Below, in pieces: positions 11,896 to 21,789 of a stretch of 64,000 nt of DNA. The translations under genes and the position numbers were made by a program. Source of the DNA: Torpedo marmorata. Taxonomy: Eukaryota. The number at the start of each line of letters is the position of its first letter. The first letter of the stretch is position 1. The notes under the pieces were generated by a model that was given only the letters and a program-made list of their open reading frames with translations, was not told where the DNA came from and searched no databases. The stretch lies in the NCBI GenBank assembly GCA_977017645.1, contig OZ360220.1:282410001-282474000 (forward strand), given 5' to 3'.

Positions 11896-14800
11896 GGGGG
11901 TCAGGGGTTCCCACCCTTGGGGACGGATTATCGGCAGGAACCCCTGGTAAATCTTAAATTGGGTCCCCAAGGGGTAGAAACCACCTTCATGGTGGATTCA
12001 GGAGCTGAACGCTCTAGCGTTATAAGTTTACCGCCAGGAAGACAGGCTGGAAATAAAACAATTGGAATATCCGGCATTGGAGGAAAAACTATCCAAGTAC
12101 CCATAGTGGATAATGTGGAGGTTCAATACAAACAAAGAACCACACAGCAGGACCTGCTCTTGTTGCCGTCAGCGGGGTTTAATTTGTTGGGCCGGGACAT
12201 ACAGGTACGGTTGGGGATAGGTACAATACCTAAGGGGGGAAAAGTAGTAGTCCGGATGCTCCAACTGAGGGAAGAAGATGGTAGGAAGATCTCCCCTGAA
12301 GTTTGGTACAAAGAGGGAAATAGAGGCGGACTAAATGTGCCACCCCTTCGCATTACCCTGTTACCGGGAAGCCGTCCCGTGAGAAGAAAGCAATACCCCA
12401 TCGCTTTAGACGGAAGAAAGGGGCTTCAACCTGTAATTGAAGGTTTGATTAAGGACGGTTTGCTAGAAGAATGCATGTCGCCCTTTAACACCCCTATATT
12501 GCCAGTGCGAAAGCCGGATGGAACCTATCGGATGGTACAAGATTTACGAGGTTTAAACGCAGTGGTCCAAACAAGATACCCGGTAGTACCGAATCCTTAC
12601 ACCTTAATGAGTAAAATATCCCCTGATCACGAGTGGTTCAGCGTTATCGACCTAAAGGATGCCTTCTGGAGCTGCCCCTTAGAGGAGAACAGTCGTGATA
12701 TGTTCGCCTTCGAATGGGAAAATCCGTTCACTGGAAGAAGACGACAGCTTAGGTGGACAGTGTTACCTCAAGGTTTTACTGAATCACCAAACTTGTTTGG
12801 ACAAATATTGGAACAAGTATTGGTAGAGTTCCAATGTGATCCTACAAACCAGTTATTGCAGTATGTAGATGATTTACTTCTTTCCGGACCTGAGGAGGGT
12901 GAAATCAGAGAAGACACTATCAGACTGCTAAATTTCTTAGGGGGGCAAGGTCTCAGGGTCTCCAAGACAAAGTTACAATTTGTGGAAAAAGAAGTCCGAT
13001 ATTTGGGCCATGTATTAACTAAGGGAAATCGCTGCATCACGTCCGAAAGAGTGGCTGGAATTATTAAACTACCCATACCACAAAGTAAAAAGGAAATACG
13101 CCAATTTTTGGGACTAGTGGGCTATTGCCGAATATGGATCGAAAATTACACACCACTGGTTAAGTTCCTATATGAAAAACTAGGAGAAGAAGAAAGGAAG
13201 GTTCGATGGACAGAAGAGGAGGAAAGATTGTTTGAAAAGATAAAAGGACAGTTGATAAGAGCACCAGTATTGGCTCTCCCCGCCTTGGAAAAGCCATTTC
13301 AACTATATGTCAATAATGCTGAGGGAATCGCGTCTGGAGTCTTGACCCAAGAGAAGGGGGGAAAGCGCCAGCCAGTAGCCTTTTTATCTAAAATGCTGGA
13401 TCCGGTATCCAGAGGATGGCCAACCTGCATCCAAGCCGTGGCCGCCACTGCAGTACTAGTGGAGGAAGCACGGAAACTGACGTTTGGAGGAAAAATCACC
13501 GTGTACTCACCACACTCAGTGAGTGCCCTGTTGGCACAAAAGGCCCACCGGTGGCTAACAGATTCCAGGATCTTGAAATATGAGATCATTCTGATGACCG
13601 GCGAAGACCTGAATTTCACGAAGGATCCCAACCTCAATCCGGCCCAGTTCCTATACAGGACGGGAGGAGAGGAAGGGCCAGAGCATGATTGCCTTGAGTT
13701 GGTGGACCTGCAGACCAAGAGTCGTGAAGACCTACAGGAGGTGCCCCTGGAAGAGGGACAGGAGTTATATATTGATGGCTCCTCCAGGTGCATTGATGGA
13801 ATACGACATAGCGGATATGCTATCATTGACGGGAAAACTGGAAAAAGGGTGGAATCAGGCAGGCTCCCTGCCAGCTGGTCGGCTCAGTCATGTGAACTGT
13901 ATGCCCTCCAGAGGGCACTGAAATGTCTGGAGGAGGAAGTCGGAACGATATATACGGATTCTAAGTATGCCTATGGCATTGTCCATACGTTTGGGAAGAT
14001 ATGGAAGGAGCGAGGATTGATTACAGCACGAGGAAAAGGTCTCGCACACGAGCAGATGGTGGGTCTGACCCTAGAAGCCCTGGCATTACCCACAGAAATT
14101 GCAGTGGTACATGTTCCGGGTCATCAGAAGGGACACTCTCCAGAGGCCGTAGGAAATCGACTAGCTGATGAAGAAGCTAAGCGGGCAGCCATTGAAGAAT
14201 CGGTACAACTTTTAACTCTGATACCGGTGAGAGAAAAGCCGACGAAACTACCGGTCTTTACGCAAATGGAGATCGATAAAATGAACCAACTAGGAGCCCA
14301 GAAGGATGCCGATGGTAAATGGATGATCTCCGACGGAAGACAAGTACTGAACAGGGAAGTTACCCGCAACATTCTTCAGCAGCTACATCAGCAAACCCAC
14401 TGGGGAGTCCAAGCCCTATGTGATACGGTGCTCAGGGAATATGCATGTAAAGGAATCTACACCCTGGCTCAGCAGGAAGTGGTGGGATGCCCCATATGCC
14501 AAAAGGTAAATAGGAAGGTGATGCGAGCTACTCCCGGAGGAGGACAGCCCCTGGCCCTGAGACCATTTCACCGAGTCCAGATCGACTTCACCGAATTGCC
14601 CCCGGTACAAAGGTGGCGGTACTTGTTGGTAATTGTGGACCACTTCACAAGATGGGTAGAGGCATATCCAACCACCAAGGCAGATGCTCCAACAGTAGCT
14701 CGAATATTGTTGGAAAACATTATTCCAAGGTATGGGATAATGGGTTCTATAGACTCTGACCGTGGGACCCACTTTGCGTCTAAAACCCATCAGCTTATAT

Positions 14801-15409
14801 GTGTGGCTTTAGGGATAGAATGGAAATTGCACACCCCTTGGCACCCTCAAAGCTCAGGTCGAGTCGAGCGAATGAACAGCACTCTAAAAACTCAGCTTAC
14901 TAAACTGATGACTGAGACTAAGTTACCCTGGACAAAGTGCCTCCCAATAGCCCTGCTGAGAATCCGAACGGCACCACGGAAGGATATCGGGGTCTCTCCC
15001 TATGAGATGTTGTTCGGACTACCATATTGGAGCCAAGTAGAGGGATATCCTACGTTGCAAGGGGGGGGATATCTTTATAAGGGACTATTTACTGGCATTG
15101 TCTCGTTCCTTTGCAGAGTTGCGGAAAAAGGGGCTTTTGGCCCAGACTCCCCCATTGGATTTCGCTCTACACCAGATTGTGTCCGGAGATTGGGTCCTTG
15201 TGAAAACTTGGAAACCAGAAAAACTCCAGCCGCAGTGGGAGGGGCCTTTTCAGGTCCTATTGACTACCGAGGCCGCAGTACGAACAAAAGAAAAAGGGTG
15301 GACTCACGTCTCCCGGGTGAAAGGACCCGTGTCTAAGAGGGACAGTGAATGGACTTGTGAACCTACTGAGCGTCCCTTACACGTGAAACTGAAGAGACTT
15401 TCGAAATGA
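11896..15409 (+). CDS. pol: Pro-Pol (protease, RT, RNase H, integrase), in frame with gag via UAG readthrough; one +1 frameshift at the G8 run 15061-15068
   Basis: VDSGA protease, LPQG/YVDD RT, YIDGS and YTDS RNase H, HHCC and D,D(35)E integrase. Removing one G joins ORF 11917 to ORF 15098-15409, which carries the integrase C-terminus (WEGPFQVLLTT). Confidence 0.92.
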
Positions 15410-17046
15410 ATTGGAGTTGTATTGCTGTGTTGTTAGCATTGCTTGCTTTTCTCTCTGTACCAACCAATGGGGAAAGAAAGAAAGTGAGGGGAAGGAGGGG
15501 GGCCGTCCTCTCCGGGGTAGTCCCCTCCAGGTGTTATGATGGTGAAATATTATGCTGGAATACATCTAATGGCAATCGCAACCCATATTGGTTAGTTAAG
15601 AATGCATGGCCAAATGATCCTACCCAGGATTCTGCGCCTTGTCCGCAAGAAACATCATTCTGCGCTACACGAAATTGGGAACGGATAACATGTCCCGATC
15701 TCCCTTTACAATGTGAAGGAAGATTGGAGAAGAGGCGAGAGGATCGTATAGTGCAGGGTCGCGGGGCCCCAAAACGGAAAGAAAATCTTTTTATAGACTT
15801 GGCTACGCGTATAGCCACCAGTCTAAATGTGAGTGGTTGTTGGGTTTGTGGAGGACCTTATATGAGTGAGCAATGGCCCTGGGTGGGTGAGCCGGTAAAT
15901 GTATGGCAGCTCCTGGAAAAGAATTGGACAAACAGACGGGATCCGGGAGAAGAAAGTTGGAAATTGACCAACTTTCCAGAGGGACAAGTATGTGTTGAAG
16001 GTGGTGGAAGTGTAAAGGTGGGAGTAAGCCCTTGCAAACATGTTAAGTTGGCAAAAAGCGATGGCTACCGGACATGGAGGCCAGAGGCCCCTATGTGGTA
16101 TATATCAGGGAAGGGGAAAGATAATTGTACCCGACTCTCTGGGAAAGGGGAATTATGGAATTGCAGTGGATCGAGTCCTTTTGAGGGAGTGCCTATAGTA
16201 CGGAATGTGTGGAGAAATGCAAGGGAAGGGGGACCTGCCCCTGAGGGTCTTTTCTGGATATGTGGTACTCAAGCATACACTAGGTTACCCTCCGGCTGGG
16301 CTGGTGTTTGTTTTTTAGGTATTATTCGACCAGAATTCTTTCTTCTTCCTGAGGAGGATGGGAAAGATTTAGGGATAAAGTTGTTCGATTCCCTACAACG
16401 AGAGACCCGTGGCATAAAGGTGGGGGAATGGGGTGATGAGTGGCCCCCGGCCCGAATTATTGAATATTATGGACCTGCGACATGGGCACAGGATGGGTCC
16501 TGGGGTTATCGCACACCCATCTATATGTTAAATCGAATTATTCGACTCCAGGCGGTGGTTGAGATAATTACGAATCAGACCGCACTGGCATTAGAGTTAT
16601 TGGCCAACCAACAGACCCAGATGAGAACAGCCATTTACCAGAACAGGTTAGCTCTTGATTACCTTTTGGCCTCAGAAGGGGGTGTTTGTGGAAAATTTAA
16701 CTTGACCAATTGTTGCCTAAAGATAGACGACAACGGTAAAGCGGTGCTGAAAATTTCGGACAAGATCCGAAGGCTAGCTCATGTGCCCGTCCAGCGTTGG
16801 AATTCTTTGGGTAAACTGAGTTGGCTCGATGACCTCTTTGGAGGGACATGGTGGAAAACAGCATTGCTAATGGTAGGGGGCATATTGTTCGTGCTCCTCT
16901 TGTTACCCTGCATTATTCCCTGTTTCCGCATCCTTATAACTCGAATTGTGATGCAAGTGATGCAACCAGGGGAACCTGCTGACCCTGTGAAAATGTTGCT
17001 CCAAAGAACCCCAGAGGGAGGGGGTTGGACCCCCTGGAACCCTTAG
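15406..17046 (+). CDS. env: Envelope glycoprotein, 546 aa, intact, ERV3/HERV-R-type
   Basis: Signal peptide, CWVC motif, RETR furin-type site, YGPATWAQDGSWGYRTPIYMLNRIIRLQAV, ISD QNRLALDYLLASEGGVC, CX7CC, TM helix. The ATG overlaps the pol stop (ATGA). Confidence 0.95.
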   Translation: MNWSCIAVLLALLAFLSVPTNGERKKVRGRRGAVLSGVVPSRCYDGEILCWNTSNGNRNPYWLVKNAWPNDPTQDSAPCPQETSFCATRNWERITCPDLPLQCEGRLEKRREDRIVQGRGAPKRKENLFIDLATRIATSLNVSGCWVCGGPYMSEQWPWVGEPVNVWQLLEKNWTNRRDPGEESWKLTNFPEGQVCVEGGGSVKVGVSPCKHVKLAKSDGYRTWRPEAPMWYISGKGKDNCTRLSGKGELWNCSGSSPFEGVPIVRNVWRNAREGGPAPEGLFWICGTQAYTRLPSGWAGVCFLGIIRPEFFLLPEEDGKDLGIKLFDSLQRETRGIKVGEWGDEWPPARIIEYYGPATWAQDGSWGYRTPIYMLNRIIRLQAVVEIITNQTALALELLANQQTQMRTAIYQNRLALDYLLASEGGVCGKFNLTNCCLKIDDNGKAVLKISDKIRRLAHVPVQRWNSLGKLSWLDDLFGGTWWKTALLMVGGILFVLLLLPCIIPCFRILITRIVMQVMQPGEPADPVKMLLQRTPEGGGWTPWNP

Positions 17047-17054
17047 CACATTCT

Positions 17055-17074
17055 AAAAAGAAAAAGGGTGGAAT
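17055..17074 (+). promoter_or_regulatory. Polypurine tract
   Basis: AAAAAGAAAAAGGGTGGAAT immediately before the 3' LTR. Confidence 0.85.
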
Positions 17075-17498
17075 TGTTAGGAAAAAGTTAATGTTCTGCT
17101 GTTAGAATGTGCTTTTAAAATGCTCTTTGAAATAGCAGCTGCATGCCTGTGCAGACATATGAAACCAAAAACCAGACAGGGGGAGTGTTTTGCAATTAAT
17201 GCTAGAATTGAAATAGGGTAGTGGCAAAAGCTTGCGATAGGGGCGAACGTATGGTACTGCAAACAAAGAAACAGTGATGGGGGATGAAATGCCTAAGAAG
17301 TACATGATGATAAGGGGTAGAACAGAATGTGAACTCATGTAACCTGTGAGTAAAATAAATGTATAAAAGGCTGCTACACTGATGGAAAGGCACTCAACTG
17401 CTCTGACAGCAAGTTGAGTCCAAATCTGCAGACTTGTAACTATTAAAAGTCAACCGCTGCTGCTTTTGCTGAGACTCCGTGTGAGTTCTTTTCTGACA
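17075..17498 (+). repeat. ERV 3' LTR
   Basis: Identical by eye to 9642-10065. The ORF track gives identical antisense translations in both copies. Confidence 0.95.
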
Positions 17499-18509
17499 CC
17501 CTTCAGCAGTAATCGCGTGGAGCAGGCATCTAATTTAATGCTGATTCTTTGAGTTCGTCCAAAAGGTAGGTGGACCTCTGCTTAGGGTGAAGGCCATAAT
17601 CATAAAATTAGATGGTACCAATGAATATAAATCAGATTTAATTTCCCAACCAATTAAAACATTGGACATTTCAAGGAATCAGAGAGGAATTCTTCAGTTT
17701 TTTTTCCCAATTGCCTTTTGTATTTTTTCTCTTTTCCAGAAGACTATCTAACATGGGGTGGGGTGGGCAGCTGCATGATAGGGAGAAGATGGAGAGCCAG
17801 TTTGGGCATTTGGGGTCAATGCAGTGAGGATTTAGCTGCATAGTTTGTTTGTACACTGGTCCCCCTGTTTGGTGTTTTAGAATTCAGAACGTGTCCCAGG
17901 AGAGCTCAAAGACAGGGTCCCCCTGGACCTCCTGGTTCAAATTTTGCTGCAATGCAACTTTCAAAAGGAGCGTTGCACAGGGAATGACATAATCACATGC
18001 AGTTCTATTGCAGAAATTGCCTTAGAGTCACATGGTTGGCCTTAAATGGAATCAAATACAATTTCCTCCCGGTTGTTAGGCTGAGAAAACAGATCAAATT
18101 TCAATGAAATGCAATTTTCTAAATGTGATACATTGAGAATGGTTTTTTTTTTCCAAATCACCTCCATTACCTTAAGATTTTAGACAAAGTCCCTTTCCTT
18201 CAATCAATGAGCACTCTCACCTCTGCACTCTCAAGTGTTCACTAAGTTCACTCTAAGTGTTATGTACTCACACTTTTGCTGTCAACATTAATTTCAATTA
18301 CTCTCTTTTACATGTTCATAGACTTTATTTACCTTGGCCCCACCCTTCCAAAATATTCTCCTCTCGCCCCATCCACCACCCATCTGCACTAATAGACGTA
18401 TTGGCATTTTATTCTCTCTGATTGGTAGCATTAAAACACTGAGCCTCCTGTTCAAGTTCTCAATATTTTCCCCCTCTTTACTTCCCTCATCCTTCTTCTA
18501 CCATTGTCA

Positions 18510-19030
18510 GAGATTCATAGAGCTATGCAGCACAGAAATAGCCCATGCCAACCAAGACGCCTATCTATCCAAATCTCATTTGCCTGCTTTTGGCCTCTAT
18601 ACCTCTAAACCTTTCCTCTCCATTAAACTATCCAAATGTGTTTTTTTTAAATTCTGTAATTGTTCCTGCCTCGACCAACTCCTCTGGCAAATTGCTCAAT
18701 GTACCCACCACCGTCTGTGTGAAATATTGCCTCTCAAATCCCCTTTAAATCTTTCACTTTAAAGCTCTGTCCAATTTTAGACTCCCTTACTCTTGGAAAA
18801 AGACTGTGACTATCTACGCTAACTATGCCTATCTATATCACACGTCAGCCTCCTTCACTCCAGAAGAAACGGTTCTAGTTTATCCAGTCTCTCCTTGTAA
18901 CTCAAGACCTCCAGCCTGTGAATCTTTTCTTTACCTTCTCTTGCTTAATCACGTTCTTCCAATAGCATAGCAAACAGAACTGCACACGATACTCAAACTG
19001 CGGTCTTACAAGTGATTTGGACATAATGTC
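18510..19030 (-). mobile_element. Degraded CR1 3' end
   Basis: Similar to the CR1 3' region at 48830-49440. Boundaries approximate. Confidence 0.6.
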
Positions 19031-19507
19031 CTTTACATTATTTCCTGATCCTCTTTGTTCCTGGGGTGAAAGAATGGTCAGATGAATTTCACAACCACAC
19101 CTCTGCTTCTGCCTGTTCCCAGGGCAGCAACTTAGTGCCTGTTTTATAAATCATATTATTTCCTTTTGCTTTCAAGGAAAAGAAAATTAGTAGATCTAAT
19201 ATCGTGAAGTGGTTGGCCATCGTTCCCCAATGCCGAGCCGAATAAGTTAAAGATGACTTCCTGGGTGTGTAATCAGGAGGAAGGTGTTGCCCAATGTGAG
19301 TGTGTCTCTATAATTTGTGGGACAGGGAAAACAAAATATCCAGAAAATGTGGCCTGTGGCACACTTGGCTGGGGATCAGAAAATGCAGACAGGGAGCGTC
19401 TCCTGAAAGACTGCATATAGCCATTATAGTGGAAGTTGTGGTAGGGACAGAAAGCCTAAATTACACAGTAGCACAATGGGAATATTCTCCCTTTGATGTT
19501 GATGATG

Positions 19508-20885
19508 CTGCTTCAAAAGGGCATCAATCATCCCGGTACCCAAGAAGAGTAGTGTGGGCTGCCTCAACGACTACCGCCCAGTAGCACTAACTTCTACTGT
19601 GATGAAATGCTTTGAGAGGCTGGTCATGGCCAGAATTAACACGTACCTAAGCAAAGATCTGGACCCACTGCAATTCGCCTATCGTCACAATCGCTCCACA
19701 GCAGATGCAATATCGCTGGCTCTCCACTCAGCTCTGGATCACCTCGAAAACAGCAATTCATACATACGGCTGCTCTTCATCGACTACAGCTCGGCCTTCA
19801 ATACCATTATTCCCTCAGTGCTGGTCAAAGAGCTACAAACTCTAGGCCTCTGTACCCCACTCTGCAACTGGATCCTTGACTTTCTCATCTGAAGACCACA
19901 GTCAGTACGAATTGGAATCAACATCTCCTCCTCACTGATTATTTACACAGGTGCACCCCAAGGATGCGTGCTTAGTTCACTGCTCTACTCGTTACACACC
20001 CATGACTGTGTGGCCAGGCACAATTCCAATGCCATCTACAAGTTTGCCGATGACACCACAGTTGTCGGCAGAATCACAAACGGCAATGAGGAAGCGTACA
20101 GGAGGGAGATAGATCAGCTCGTTGAATGGTGTAACAACAACAACCTTGAGCTCAACGTCAGCAAAACCAAGGAGATGATTGTGGACTTCAGGAGGAAGTC
20201 AGGGGAACACAACCCAGTCCTCATCGAGGGCTCAGTAGTGGAGAGTGTCAAGAACTTCAAATTCCTGGGTGTCAACATCTCCGAGGATCTGTCCTGGAGC
20301 CTCCATGTTGATGCAATCACGAAGAAGGCCCGCCAGCAGCTATAGTTTGTGAGGTGCTTGAGGAGATTCGGTATGTCACTGAAGACTCCAGAAGACTTCT
20401 ACAGGTGTACCATGGAGAGCATTCTGGCTGGTTGCATCACTGCCTGGTATGGAGGCGCCAACTCCCAGGACAAGAGTAAACTCCAGAAGGTTGTTAACTC
20501 GGCTTGTGACATCACAGGCACCAGACTTCACTCCATCGAGGACATCCACATGAGGTGGTGTCTTAAAAAAGCAGCCTCTATCCTCAAGGACCCCCACCAC
20601 CCAAGCCGTGCCCTCTTCACTCTGCTTCCATCGGGAAAAAGTACAGGAGCCTAAAGACGAGCACTCAGCGGCACAAGGACAGCTTCTTCCCCGCTGCCAT
20701 CAGATTCCTGAATAATCAATGAACAAAAGATACTGCCTTACTTTTCGTGCACTACTATTTTTATTTTTATTTTTTATATTATTGTTGTAAGATTGTGCAT
20801 AATATGAATGTTTGCACTATGATGCTGTTGCAAAACACCGAATTTCGTGACTTGTTCATGACAATAAATTCTGATTCTGATTCTG
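19508..20885 (+). mobile_element. Rex1/Babar-type LINE, 5'-truncated (RT, C-terminus, (ATTCTG)n tail)
   Basis: ORFs carry [27 protein letters not shown] and KFADDTT. Near-identical to 35500-36852. Confidence 0.85.
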
Positions 20886-21009
20886 AATATCATAGTCCTA
20901 AACAAACACATCCCCAATCTCCAGGACCTTGGTCTCAGCAGCCCCCTCTGCAACTGGATCCTGTCCGGCAGACTGTAAGCAGCGAGGAATGGAGACAGCA
21001 CCACCTCCA

Positions 21010-21728
21010 CGTCACATACAACCCTGAGATTATTTTTCCTGCAGGCGAATCAGAATTACAACTTATTTGTAGTGCAAAAAACAAACTGTACACAATGTAA
21101 ACATGTAAACAAATAAAGAAATGTAAACAGATAATGAATGTAAACAAACTGACTGTACAATACAGAGAGAATAAAATATCAATAAAGTGGACAAGTAAAA
21201 GTCGTTAAATGAGTCCCTGATTGACTTTGTTGTTGAGGAGTCTGATAGTGGAGGGGTAGCAGCTGTTCCTGAACCTGGTGGTACGAGTCTTGTGGCACCT
21301 ATACCTCTTTCCTGATGGCATCAGCGAGAACAGAGCGTGTGCTGGGTGGTGTGGATCTTTGATGATTGCTGCTGCTCTCTGACGGCAGCGTTCCCTGAAG
21401 ATGTTCTCGATAGTGGGGAGGGTTTTGCCTGTGATGTCCTGGACTGTGTCCACTACCTTTTGGAGGGCTTTACGCTCAGGGGTATTGGTGTCCCCAACCC
21501 AGACAGTGATGTAGCCAGCCAGCAGTTTCCACCACACATCTATAGAAATTTTCCAGGGTTTCTGGTGTCATACTAAACCTCCGCAAACTCCTGAGGAAGT
21601 AGAGGCGCTGACGTGCTTTCTTCACGATGCCATTGGTGTGTTGGGTCCAGGAAACGTCCTCCGAGATAGTGACTCCCAAGAACTTAAATTTGCTCACCCT
21701 CTCCACCTCTGATCCTCGAATGAGCACT
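21010..21728 (-). mobile_element. Rex1/Babar-type LINE 3' fragment
   Basis: ORFs 21476-21727 and 21205-21537 ([26 protein letters not shown]). Confidence 0.8.
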
Positions 21729-21789
21729 GGAAGTTGCTTGGGAAGCTGAGAGGTCTAAAGGTAGATAAGTCTCACGGACCAGATGGACG

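Larger units (their letters stand above)
9642..17498 (+). mobile_element. Full-length endogenous retrovirus, class I, HERV-I/IP-like with ERV3-type env
   Basis: LTR-PBS-gag-pro-pol-env-PPT-LTR order, with two 424-bp TG…CA LTRs. Confidence 0.97.

Noticed and set aside
13299-13826. Antisense ORFs within the ERV (e.g. 175 aa here, also 14416-14790)
   Set aside because: Expected shadows of long sense ORFs, with no motifs suggesting an accessory protein.
15061-15068. Programmed ribosomal frameshift in integrase
   Set aside because: No precedent at this position that I know of and no stimulatory structure noticed. An indel or sequencing error is simpler.
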